In this document: piece after piece, positions 1-7,663 of the stretch
Layout: the number at the start of each line of letters is the position of its first letter
How positions within the stretch are numbered: position 1 is the stretch's first letter
Assembly (NCBI GenBank): GCA_051748025.1
Contig: JBNJGX010000003.1
Coordinates: 1-35,717, forward strand
Length of the DNA stretch: 35,717 bases
DNA from: Bacteroidota bacterium
Lineage (GTDB): Bacteria; Bacteroidota; Bacteroidia; Bacteroidales; ML635J-15
Direction of reading: 5' to 3'
Notes under the pieces: model-generated
What the model saw: only the letters and a program-made list of their open reading frames with translations
Database searches by the model: none
Told to the model about the DNA's origin: nothing
Position numbers and translations under genes: made by a program

Positions 1-99
1 AAACCTTACCGCACTTATATTGGATATAAATACCACGGAGGTTATTCCGATCACCTGCCTGTATATCTTAAGCTTTTTAAACAGCCTAATAAAAAATAA
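1..99 (+). CDS. 3' end of an endonuclease/exonuclease/phosphatase (EEP) family protein (partial; start lies outside the window)
   Basis: Frame 1 reads KPYRTYIGYKYHGGYSDHLPVYLKLFKQPNKK then TAA at 97-99. The GGxSDHxPV block near the C-terminus is the catalytic His motif typical of EEP / DNase I-like hydrolases. Confidence 0.5.
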   Translation, partial: KPYRTYIGYKYHGGYSDHLPVYLKLFKQPNKK

Positions 100-120
100 A
101 TCTGCCTTTTTAAAGGTTTA

Positions 121-281
121 TTCTTGAATGAGTCCAATCTAAAAAGTCAAAAAAATGAAAAATCCCACGAAGCCCGGAAGGCCACAAAGGACTGAATAGT
201 AATGTTTTAAACTTTTTGATACTTTGAGTCTTCGTGTCTTAGTGACAAGGCAATGACTTTTTAGACTGAATTCATGAATGC
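121..281. repeat. Palindromic intergenic element: outer inverted repeat (..TCTAAAAAGTC / GACTTTTTAGA..) enclosing a CGAAG-rich arm and a CTTCG arm
   Basis: The reverse complement of 255-281 (gactttttagactgaattcatgaatgc) aligns with 121-148 (ttcttgaatgagtccaatctaaaaagtc). Inner cacgaag (167-173) is complementary to cttcgtg (230-236). No ORF. Confidence 0.5.
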
Positions 282-318
282 AAATAAAAATTGGCCGGTA
301 TTTACAACCTTGTTCCTA

Positions 319-606
319 TCAATCAGTAGAATTTTCTTGATACTTTGTGAAACCAAAAATTTCAATTGAGTTTTCAGATTCGTTTACTCTAAAAACAATA
401 CAGTATCCTTTAAAAATTAAATCTCTAATAGAATTGTCATTGAAGTAAATTGATTTTCTGAAAGAATAAGGATGATTGGGGATTTTCTTAATTTGCTCTA
501 ACAAATCGTTTTTGAATCTTCTCGCTCTTGATGGAGAATCATATACAATATAGCTTACTTGTCTTTCTAACCTGTTAGTAAAAGTAGATTTAAATTTTAT
601 TTTCAT
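319..606 (-). CDS. Type II toxin, RelE/ParE family (about 95 aa from the internal ATG)
   Basis: Translation MKIKFKSTFTNRLERQVSYIVYDSPSRARRFKNDLLEQIKKIPNHPYSFRKS...IRDLIFKGYCIVFRVNESENSIEIFGF has the size and layout of ParE/RelE toxins. It overlaps the upstream small ORF by 17 nt. The ORF-track start at 639 would overlap by 50 nt, so ATG 604-606 is preferred. Confidence 0.7.
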   Translation of the reverse strand: MKIKFKSTFTNRLERQVSYIVYDSPSRARRFKNDLLEQIKKIPNHPYSFRKSIYFNDNSIRDLIFKGYCIVFRVNESENSIEIFGFTKYQENSTD

Positions 607-829
607 TTGCACGAATAGAGCTTTCAATTTTATTATCAACTTCTTCTAAGGTATGGAAGGTAGCTTGCCCAGCATAAATATCATCTAATTCTTTTTCAAG
701 ATAATTTTTGGTTTCAGCAAAACTGTTTTCATTTGATAAGATTTCAATTTCATCCTTGCTGAATTTGCTTAAAAGCCACAAAAGCTTATCATAAACTTTT
801 TCACTTATTTTCAATTTAATGGTATGCAT
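590..829 (-). CDS. Putative antitoxin partner of the ParE/RelE-like toxin (79 aa, family not recognised)
   Basis: Small acidic ORF immediately upstream of the toxin and overlapping it (ATGAAAATAAAATTTAA overlap). This is classic antitoxin-toxin gene order. I recognise no family motif. Confidence 0.5.
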   Translation of the reverse strand: MHTIKLKISEKVYDKLLWLLSKFSKDEIEILSNENSFAETKNYLEKELDDIYAGQATFHTLEEVDNKIESSIRANENKI

Positions 830-947
830 ATCTTATATATCTTCTTTTCGCAAATTTACGTAATTTTTGCATTTTGTCCAAATCATTAATAAAAAATCTC
901 AAACAGGCTTATTGTTTAACATGATTTTCAATTTCTGAATAAATATT

Positions 948-955
948 TATCTTTG
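948..955 (+). promoter_or_regulatory. Candidate Bacteroidota -7 promoter box (TATCTTTG = TAnnTTTG) for the transporter genes
   Basis: Exact TAnnTTTG match 20 nt upstream of ATG 975. The -33 region reads TTTC rather than TTTG. Confidence 0.35.
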
Positions 956-974
956 ATGCCAAAAAATTACCATT

Positions 975-2333
975 ATGTCAGGCAATATAGCCCCCAGAGG
1001 GGCATTTACCTCAAAATTTGGTATCATTGCAGCCGCAGCAGGTTCGGCTGTCGGACTCGGGAATATTTGGCGTTTCCCTTATGTGGCAGGAGAAAATGGT
1101 GGCGGTGCATTTTTGTTAATTTACCTTGCATTTATTTTAACCATTGGCATTTCTGTGATGCTGGCCGAATTTATCATTGGGCGGCGGGCACAGAAAAATG
1201 CATTGGGGTCATTCAAAAAACTTGCGCCTGGTAAACCCTGGTGGATTGTTGGCTTGATGGGAATTGTAGCTGCTTTTGTTATTCTGGCATTTTATTCTAC
1301 CATCGCCGGCTGGACATTTGAATACCTGATTCAGGCTATCGGTAATGGATTTGCAGGTAAAAACGCTGATGCCATTAAAACTATGTTTACTGATTTTCAG
1401 ACCAGCACAACAAGGCCTTTGCTCTGGCAGTTACTTTTTATGGTATTGACAGGGGGCATTATTGTTTGCGGGGTTCAAAAAGGCATTGAAAAATACACAA
1501 AAATGTTAATGCCCCTCCTGGTTTTACTTATTATTATAATGTGTATCCGTTCGCTTACACTTACGGGTGCTTCCGAAGGCGTGAATTTTCTTTTTAAACC
1601 CGATTTTTCAAAAATTTCAGGTAAAGTAATCCTCGAAGCCCTTGGTCAATCATTTTTCTCTATGAGCATTGGAATGGGGGCATTAATCACCTACGGATCT
1701 TACATCCAGAAAAATAATAACCTGCCAAAAACCACATTTCAGGTAGCCATAGCGGATACGGCCATTGCTATCCTGGCGGGTGTCATGATCTTTCCGGCTG
1801 TTTTTGCTTTTGGTCTGGAACCAAGTGATGGGGCGGGCCTGGTTTTTAAGGTTCTCCCCAATATTTTTATTGAAATGCCCGGTGGCTATATTTTTGCAGT
1901 GGTATTTTTCCTGTTGCTTTCTGTAGCAGCACTTACATCAACCATTTCTGTACTCGAAGTGGTGGTAGCTTATGGCATTGAAGAATTGAATTTATCCCGA
2001 AAAAAAGCAACATTGATTTTTGCATCTGCCATTGCTGTGCTTGGTGTGTTTGCTACCCTTTCTTTTTCTGAATTTTCAGAATTTAAAATATTCGGACATA
2101 CCATTTTTGACAGCCTCGACTGGTTGTCCGCAAACTTATTGCTGCCGTTGGGTGGTGTTTTTATTGTCATCTTTCTTGGTTGGGTGTTGGGTAAAAAAGT
2201 CATTGCTGATGAAGTTACCAACCAGGGGAGCATACGAATGCGTTTTCTGCAAGTTTTTATTTTTATACTAAAATATATCGCCCCTGTTGCCATTATTCTG
2301 GTATTCCTGAATGCCATTGGCGTGCTTGGGTAA
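975..2333 (+). CDS. Sodium-dependent transporter, neurotransmitter:sodium symporter (SNF/NSS) family
   Basis: 452 aa, polytopic. The N-terminal GSAVGLGNIWRFPY motif is diagnostic of the NSS family. Confidence 0.9.
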   Translation: MSGNIAPRGAFTSKFGIIAAAAGSAVGLGNIWRFPYVAGENGGGAFLLIYLAFILTIGISVMLAEFIIGRRAQKNALGSFKKLAPGKPWWIVGLMGIVAAFVILAFYSTIAGWTFEYLIQAIGNGFAGKNADAIKTMFTDFQTSTTRPLLWQLLFMVLTGGIIVCGVQKGIEKYTKMLMPLLVLLIIIMCIRSLTLTGASEGVNFLFKPDFSKISGKVILEALGQSFFSMSIGMGALITYGSYIQKNNNLPKTTFQVAIADTAIAILAGVMIFPAVFAFGLEPSDGAGLVFKVLPNIFIEMPGGYIFAVVFFLLLSVAALTSTISVLEVVVAYGIEELNLSRKKATLIFASAIAVLGVFATLSFSEFSEFKIFGHTIFDSLDWLSANLLLPLGGVFIVIFLGWVLGKKVIADEVTNQGSIRMRFLQVFIFILKYIAPVAIILVFLNAIGVLG

Positions 2334-2357
2334 GATAGAAATATAGGGAATTGGTTT

Positions 2358-3764
2358 ATGGAATTTTTTGACAGCATCACAGAATTTATTCATGCAGGTA
2401 TCAGTTGGTACAATGAATTTGTCGGGGGATACCTGATCGTTGCCCTGCTTGTGCCAACAGGGATATTTTTTGCTTTTAAATTTAAGTTTCTGCATATCAG
2501 AAGGCTTGGACATGTTATACGTGTAATCACCGGGAGGTATGATAAGGCCAAAGACCTTGGGGACATCAATCATTTCCGGGCATTGACCACAGCGCTCTCT
2601 GCAACTGTCGGAACAGGCAATATAGTGGGTGTTGCCCTGGCTATACATTGGGGTGGGCCGGGGGCTGTTTTTTGGATGTGGGTAACCGCTTTTTTTGGTA
2701 TGATGCTGAAACTGGTGGAAAACACACTTTCACTGAAATATCGTGTAACCAATTCTGATGGAAGTGTTTCCGGTGGGCCTATGTATTACATCGAATCATT
2801 AAAAAGTAAAATCGGGCGTTTTGCCAAGATACTGGCTGTGATTTTTGCTGTAGCAGCAGTATTATGTTCACTGGGAACCGGTAATATGGCGCAGTCAAAT
2901 TCCATGGCTGATGCCCTTAATGCAACTTATGGAATTCCTACCCTCTATTCTGCCCTTGGTTTTACAGCTTTGGTTTTATTAATAATTGTGGGAGGTCTGA
3001 AACGAATTGCTGAGGTTACATCCAAACTTGTGCCTGTTATGGCAGTCTTCTATTTTATTGCTGCCGTTTTAATTCTTGTCCTTTTTTACGATAAAATTCC
3101 TCACGCTTTTGGCCTGATCTTTAAAGGGGCATTTACAAAAACCGGTGCAACCGGGGGATTCGTCGGATCAACATTTATAATGACCCTGGTTTGGGGAATA
3201 AGAAGGGGACTCTTTTCAAATGAAGCAGGACAAGGATCATCACCAATGGCTCATGCCGCAGCCAGAACAGAATATCCTGTCAGAGAAGGATTGGTCGCAT
3301 CTTTAGAACCATTGGTGGATACGTTAATCATTTGTACGCTTACGGCTTTGGTAATTATTTCAACCGGGGCATGGACTTCTGGTATCGAAGGTGTCGGAAT
3401 GACCATTAAAGGTTTTCAGTTAGGACTGGATGCAATTGATATCGGGGGAGTAGCCCAACATTTAATCACAATCGGATTGTTATTATTTGCTTTTTCTACC
3501 ATCATTTCATGGTCTTATTATGGTACCAGAGCGGTGCAGTACCTGTTTGGCGAAAAAATGATTAAACCTTATTATTACTTTTACGGATTATTTGTGTTTC
3601 TTGGCGGTATTTGGGGCCTTGAACTGGTTTGGGATTTTGTGGATATGGTTATCACTTTTATGACCATCCCAAATCTCATTGCCATTGTGTTGCTGGCTCC
3701 TGTTGTTAAAAAAGAAATTGATAAATATTTTGCTTACATGAAAGAGTCTAATACCCCCTATTAA
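2358..3764 (+). CDS. Alanine/glycine:cation symporter (AGCS family)
   Basis: 468 aa, polytopic. FRALTTALSATVGTGNIVGVA and GLFSNEAGQGSSP motifs are typical of sodium:alanine symporters (TC 2.A.25). Confidence 0.9.
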   Translation: MEFFDSITEFIHAGISWYNEFVGGYLIVALLVPTGIFFAFKFKFLHIRRLGHVIRVITGRYDKAKDLGDINHFRALTTALSATVGTGNIVGVALAIHWGGPGAVFWMWVTAFFGMMLKLVENTLSLKYRVTNSDGSVSGGPMYYIESLKSKIGRFAKILAVIFAVAAVLCSLGTGNMAQSNSMADALNATYGIPTLYSALGFTALVLLIIVGGLKRIAEVTSKLVPVMAVFYFIAAVLILVLFYDKIPHAFGLIFKGAFTKTGATGGFVGSTFIMTLVWGIRRGLFSNEAGQGSSPMAHAAARTEYPVREGLVASLEPLVDTLIICTLTALVIISTGAWTSGIEGVGMTIKGFQLGLDAIDIGGVAQHLITIGLLLFAFSTIISWSYYGTRAVQYLFGEKMIKPYYYFYGLFVFLGGIWGLELVWDFVDMVITFMTIPNLIAIVLLAPVVKKEIDKYFAYMKESNTPY

Positions 3765-3767
3765 ACT

Positions 3768-4919
3768 ATGAAAAGTCAAAAATGGAAAGACCTGATGGCT
3801 TTTTCGGCACGTGAAAAACGTGGCATCAGTGTGCTTGTTATTATTGTTTTAATGTTAATTACCCTGCGTGTTTGGGAACCCTGGAACAATAAAAAACGGG
3901 ACGTTTACGACTTCTCTGAGTATGAAGCTGAAATAGACCGGTTTGAAGTGAACCTGCAGGAGGGTGACGATAACAAAATGAATACATCTGACTTCAACGC
4001 ATCTTATGAAAAACAATCTCCCGATTTCAATAAAAAAATGTTCAGTTTTAATCCTAACACGGTAAGCAAAGATCAATTGCTGGAGCTTGGGTTTAATGAT
4101 AAGCTGGCAAAGAATATAATCAATTACCGTAATGCAGGAGGAGGGTTTTATGAAACTGAGGACTTGAAAAAGATATATGGGATGACTGAAAAATTTTATG
4201 CGCATGTTGAACCTTATATCGTGATAAAAAAAGATACAAGTAAAGGTAAAAATGAAGTCTTTGATTTTAATCCCAATTCAATAAGTTTAGATAGCTTGAG
4301 GTTACTTGGTTTTGACGATGATGTTTCTGATAGATGGATTAAGTATCGCGAAGCTTCAGGTGGGTTTGATGATCTTGATGGAATAAAAAAATTGTATGGC
4401 ATCAATATAGACCTGCTGGAAAAATTAGAACCACACATGCAATTCCCTGCTGATGATCACGAGGATGAAAAGCCGGCTAAAAAGTTGAGCCCCGTGCATA
4501 TTAACAAGGCTGATGCAGATGATCTTGTGGAAAGGGAAGCAGTGAACAGAGGACTGGCAAAACGGATAATGGCGTACAGAAATTTACTCGGGGGATTTTA
4601 TGATTTACAACAGTTAAGCGAAGTATATGGAATGTCTCAAACAGAATTTGATAATCTGAAAACCCGGGTAATTATCGATAAAGATAACATTCAGACCATT
4701 GATCTCAATGAGGTTACTTTTAAAGAATTGTTGCGTCATCCATACATGACAAAATCTGATGTAAAAAAGATCATGAAATACCGGGATTTTGAAGGCAAGA
4801 TTGAGGGTGTTGACGAATTACTGAAAAACAATATCCTTACGGACTCTACCTGCCAAAAAATGATTCCATATATACATTTACCCAAAAAAACAAAGAACAA
4901 AGTTCAAAATCCAAAATAA
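3768..4919 (+). CDS. ComEA-like helix-hairpin-helix repeat protein (N-terminal TM anchor plus four tandem HhH modules)
   Basis: N-terminal FSAREKRGISVLVIIVLMLITL anchor. Four internally repeated modules of about 60 aa each (FNPNTVSKDQLLELGF..NYRNAGGGFYETEDLKKIYGM; FNPNSISLDSLRLLGF..KYREASGGFDDLDGIKKLYGI; INKADADDLVE..AYRNLLGGFYDLQQLSEVYGM; LNEVTFKELLRHPY..KYRDFEGKIEGVDELL). Confidence 0.75.
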   Translation: MKSQKWKDLMAFSAREKRGISVLVIIVLMLITLRVWEPWNNKKRDVYDFSEYEAEIDRFEVNLQEGDDNKMNTSDFNASYEKQSPDFNKKMFSFNPNTVSKDQLLELGFNDKLAKNIINYRNAGGGFYETEDLKKIYGMTEKFYAHVEPYIVIKKDTSKGKNEVFDFNPNSISLDSLRLLGFDDDVSDRWIKYREASGGFDDLDGIKKLYGINIDLLEKLEPHMQFPADDHEDEKPAKKLSPVHINKADADDLVEREAVNRGLAKRIMAYRNLLGGFYDLQQLSEVYGMSQTEFDNLKTRVIIDKDNIQTIDLNEVTFKELLRHPYMTKSDVKKIMKYRDFEGKIEGVDELLKNNILTDSTCQKMIPYIHLPKKTKNKVQNPK

Positions 4920-4920
4920 T

Positions 4921-4952
4921 TTTGTGATGTAAAAAAGAAATATGTATCTTTG
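4921..4952 (+). promoter_or_regulatory. Candidate Bacteroidota sigma-A promoter for rpsU (TTTG -33, TATCTTTG -7)
   Basis: TTTG at 4921-4924 and TAnnTTTG at 4945-4952, with a 20-nt spacer. Lies 40 nt upstream of the rpsU ATG. Confidence 0.5.
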
Positions 4953-4991
4953 CAGCCCTTAAAAAATGACAAATATTTAAAGCATAAACCT

Positions 4992-5183
4992 ATGATTATT
5001 GTACCAGTAAAAGAAGGTGAAAATATTGACAGGGCTTTGAAACGTTTCAAACGCAAATTTGAAAAAACAGGTGTGGTCAAAGAACTACGCGAACGTCAGG
5101 CTTACACAAAACCATCCATGCAAAGGCGTCAGGAACTGATTAAAGCCAAATATATACAGCAACTTAGAGATAAGGAAAATTAA
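4992..5183 (+). CDS. rpsU: 30S ribosomal protein S21 (bS21)
   Basis: MIIVPVKEGENIDRALKRFKRKFEKTGVVKELRERQAYTKPS..RR is canonical bS21 (63 aa). The ORF-track start at 4950 is a TTG inside the -7 box and is rejected. Confidence 0.93.
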   Translation: MIIVPVKEGENIDRALKRFKRKFEKTGVVKELRERQAYTKPSMQRRQELIKAKYIQQLRDKEN

Positions 5184-5306
5184 ACCTCCTGTCATTTCTT
5201 CCGTTCAAAAATATCCTGACAGAATTAAATTAATTTACAATTTTTCCTGAAACATTTACGTTTATTTTACGTAAGTATTAGTACATGGTGAAGTTGATTT
5301 AATTCT

Positions 5307-6203
5307 ATGCAAAAGGAGGCTTACCTGAATTTTTTGAGATTTGAAAAACGCTGTTCTATACACACTGTAAGGGCGTATAAAAAGGATATTGAACAATTTT
5401 ATGTTTTCTTTTCTCTGCCGGAAAACGATACCCCGCAGCTCAATAAACTGGAAGCCAAAGATGTGAGAACATGGGTGGTGCATCTCATGGAATCTGTATC
5501 AGCACGGACTGTGAACAGAAAACTGGCCAGTATAAATGGTTTTTTTATGTACCTGAAAAGAAACAATGTGGTGACCAACAACCCAATGGATAAAGTGCAA
5601 GCACCGAAAATGGAAAACAGGCTTCCTGAATTTGTGCCTGAAAAACCATTGGAGGATGTGGTTAAACTTTTTGATGATCATGAAGATAATTTTTCGGCTA
5701 TCCGGGATTTTCTTATGATGGAATTACTTTACAATACCGGCATGAGACAGGCAGAACTTATCGGTTTAACACATGCTGATGTGGATACAGAACAAATGCA
5801 GATTAAAGTCCTCGGAAAACGCAATAAGGAAAGAATTATCCCCTTATCCGATAATTTAATTAAACTCCTGAATGAATATGTGACAGCCAAAGCCGCTCAG
5901 AATTTTTCATGCCAGGGTCACGAACCTGTACTGGTATCTGATTCCGGTCACAAGCTTTATCCATCATTCATTTATAAAAAAGTGAACCACTATCTCGGGC
6001 AGGTCAGCAGCATGAAAAAGCGAAGTCCGCATATTCTCAGGCACAGTTTTGCCACTCATATGCTAAACCGCGGCGCTGATCTGAATGCCATAAAAGAATT
6101 GCTCGGACATGCCAGTCTGGCTGCAACCCAGGTTTATACACATAACAGTTTTGAACAATTAATCAAAATATATAACAAGGCTCATCCAAGGGCCGGAAAC
6201 TAA
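5307..6203 (+). CDS. xerC: Tyrosine site-specific recombinase, XerC/XerD-like
   Basis: 298 aa. N-terminal SAM-like domain (YL.FL..EKR.S.HT..AY..D). C-terminal catalytic block RHSFATHML..GADL..IKELLGHASLAATQVYTH with the RHRY tyrosine. Confidence 0.85.
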   Translation: MQKEAYLNFLRFEKRCSIHTVRAYKKDIEQFYVFFSLPENDTPQLNKLEAKDVRTWVVHLMESVSARTVNRKLASINGFFMYLKRNNVVTNNPMDKVQAPKMENRLPEFVPEKPLEDVVKLFDDHEDNFSAIRDFLMMELLYNTGMRQAELIGLTHADVDTEQMQIKVLGKRNKERIIPLSDNLIKLLNEYVTAKAAQNFSCQGHEPVLVSDSGHKLYPSFIYKKVNHYLGQVSSMKKRSPHILRHSFATHMLNRGADLNAIKELLGHASLAATQVYTHNSFEQLIKIYNKAHPRAGN

Positions 6204-6209
6204 TTAACA

Positions 6210-6217
6210 AAGGAGGT
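6210..6217 (+). promoter_or_regulatory. Perfect Shine-Dalgarno sequence AAGGAGGT, 4 nt upstream of the hpf ATG
   Basis: taattaacaaAGGAGGTaattATG. It is the only 8-nt anti-SD complement in front of any of the roughly 35 start codons in this window. Confidence 0.7.
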
Positions 6218-6221
6218 AATT

Positions 6222-6527
6222 ATGAATATTAATGTGCGTTCCTTACGATTTGACGCTGACAAAAAACTTGTTGAGTTTATCAATGAGAAAATGGAAAAAT
6301 TAACAAAAGTAGCCCCCGACATTATTGCCGCTGATGTCACACTGAGGGTGGAAAATGGCTCATCCCTCGAAAATAAGTTTGTGGAAGTGAAAATCGAGAT
6401 CCCTAAAAATGATGATATCTTCGCTAAAAAACAAGCAAAAAGCTTTGAAGAAGCTGTTGACTTGAATTATCAGGCCCTCCGCCGTCAACTGAAAAAATTC
6501 AAAGAAAAACAAAGACAGAAAAAATAA
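6222..6527 (+). CDS. hpf: Ribosome hibernation factor / ribosome-associated inhibitor (short HPF/RaiA family)
   Basis: 101 aa. MNINVRSLRFDADKKLVEFINEKMEKL...VEVKIEIP..DIFAKKQAKSFEEAVD matches the sigma-54 modulation protein / S30EA fold pattern. Confidence 0.85.
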   Translation: MNINVRSLRFDADKKLVEFINEKMEKLTKVAPDIIAADVTLRVENGSSLENKFVEVKIEIPKNDDIFAKKQAKSFEEAVDLNYQALRRQLKKFKEKQRQKK

Positions 6528-6585
6528 CATAACACCTTCTGTTTACTTTTAATTAATTTATAAGGTATTCAAAAAAGTTTAACCA

Positions 6586-6780
6586 GTGTTTGTCCGTAAT
6601 GTCCGATTTCTGCAGGGATGCGGTTAATCGTATCTTCGAGCCTCGAAATTGAACATGGCATAAGTTTTGCTCTGTCCACGTTTGCACAAAAGTTATGAAC
6701 TAAACACTGATTCTATTGACAGGATTTAATTAGTGTCTGTCCATAGAGTCAGTGTTCCTCCATAAAGTTAAACACTTATC
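6586..6780. repeat. Cluster of short dispersed and inverted motifs (GTSTYTGTCC.. and CAGTGTT/AACACTG) in a non-coding region
   Basis: gtgtttgtccgtaatg (6594), gctctgtccacgtttg (6669) and gtgtctgtccatagag (6733) are direct copies. aaacactgattctattgacag (6702-6722) and ctgtccatagagtcagtgtt (6737-6756) form an imperfect 20-bp hairpin. Palindrome ttcgagcctcgaa at 6635-6647. Confidence 0.5.
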
Positions 6781-6794
6781 TATAATTGAATAAT

Positions 6795-6980
6795 GGCAGA
6801 CCGAAGACCGAAGCGATCAATGTCCTGCGCCGTGTTGCGCCGTGTTGAGCTTGTCGAAACAAGCGAAGTCGAAATAAGCTGCGTCGAAGCATCGAAGGGA
6901 CCGAAGTAAAGAACACTTTTAAAGTGAAAATTAATTAATGTGATATCTTCCGTCTTCGGACTTCCGTCTTCCGACTTCTA
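6795..6980. repeat. GC-rich palindromic element: an arm with about 7 YCGAAG copies (6801-6906) facing a CTTCSG arm (6947-6978), plus a tandem 10-mer GCGCCGTGTT x2
   Basis: The reverse complement of cagaccgaagaccgaagcg matches cttccgtcttcggac at 13/15. Tandem gcgccgtgtt at 6827-6836 and 6837-6846. Local hairpin gcttgt-cgaa-acaagc. GC content is clearly above the surroundings. Confidence 0.55.
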
Positions 6981-7165
6981 TTTATATAAGCTGTACTTTA
7001 TAGACAGACTCTTTTTAGAGATAAAAAGAAAAAAAAATCTGTTTTTCAATACAAATGACAGTTATCTTATATTTTGAGTTTAAGTATAAGATGCTGTTAT
7101 ACAGCATAAAAGGCATGTATTTTATATGTTATTAATTATCAGGAAAAAAATAATTGTAAATATTT

Positions 7166-7196
7166 TTTGGAACTACAATTAAAGTGTATATATTTG
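7166..7196 (+). promoter_or_regulatory. Candidate Bacteroidota sigma-A promoter for the tRNA-tuf operon (TTTG -33, TATATTTG -7)
   Basis: TTTG at 7166-7169 and TAnnTTTG at 7189-7196, with a 19-nt spacer. Lies about 59 nt upstream of the first tRNA and is preceded by an AT-rich tract. Confidence 0.55.
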
Positions 7197-7254
7197 CACT
7201 CCAATTTTCGGTATGGATTTTCCATATCCAAAACGTTCTTTGTAAAAAACATTA

Positions 7255-7328
7255 GCCGATGTAGCTCAGTTGGTCAGAGCAGCTGATTTGTAATCAGCAG
7301 GTCGGGGGTTCGAATCCGTCCATCGGCT
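7255..7328 (+). tRNA. tRNA-Thr (anticodon TGT)
   Basis: Cloverleaf: acceptor gccgatg/catcggc, D arm tagctcagttggtcagagc, anticodon stem-loop gctga-tttgtaa-tcagc, T arm gggggttcgaatccgtc. Confidence 0.93.
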
Positions 7329-7337
7329 CTTGTTACA

Positions 7338-7420
7338 GGGGAGATACCAAAGTGGCCAACTGGGGCAGACTGTAAATCTGCTGGCAAATGCCTTCGTAGG
7401 TTCGAATCCTGCTCTCCCCA
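7338..7420 (+). tRNA. tRNA-Tyr (anticodon GTA), long variable arm
   Basis: Acceptor ggggaga/tctcccc, anticodon loop ctgtaaa, long variable arm, T loop ggttcgaatcc. Confidence 0.92.
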
Positions 7421-7446
7421 CGTTGTTAGCTCTGAACGAACAGGAG

Positions 7447-7519
7447 GCGGGAATAGCTCAGTTGGTAGAGCACAACCCTTCCAAGGTTGGGGTCGCGAGT
7501 TCGAGCCTCGTTTCCCGCT
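7447..7519 (+). tRNA. tRNA-Gly (anticodon TCC)
   Basis: Acceptor gcgggaa/ttcccgc, anticodon stem-loop caacc-cttccaa-ggttg, T loop gagttcgagcctc. Confidence 0.92.
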
Positions 7520-7529
7520 CTTTTTTGTA

Positions 7530-7601
<72 letters not shown>

Positions 7602-7663
7602 CTGATATAGATGTTAATAACAACAAGTAATTTAGTAAAGTAATATTATAAACTTTTAAAACC

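Noticed and set aside
830-974. Possible riboswitch (for example glycine) or leader upstream of the SNF/AGCS amino-acid transporters.
   Set aside because: The region is AT-rich with no conserved helices or GC-rich junctions. Only a promoter-like TAnnTTTG box is visible.
4950-4991. TTG-initiated extension of rpsU, and a 4-codon mini-ORF at 4966-4980.
   Set aside because: The TTG lies inside the predicted -7 box, so it would not be transcribed from that promoter. bS21 homology starts at ATG 4992. The mini-ORF has no supporting feature and is probably a chance occurrence in the leader.
6794-6910. 39-codon ORF (MADRRPKRSMSCAVLRRVELVETSEVEISCVEASKGPK) within the GC-rich repeat.
   Set aside because: Its periodicity comes from the CGAAG repeat units. 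It has no SD or promoter context, and the opposite strand gives an equally repeat-derived reading frame. Such pseudo-ORFs are a common artefact of repeat elements.
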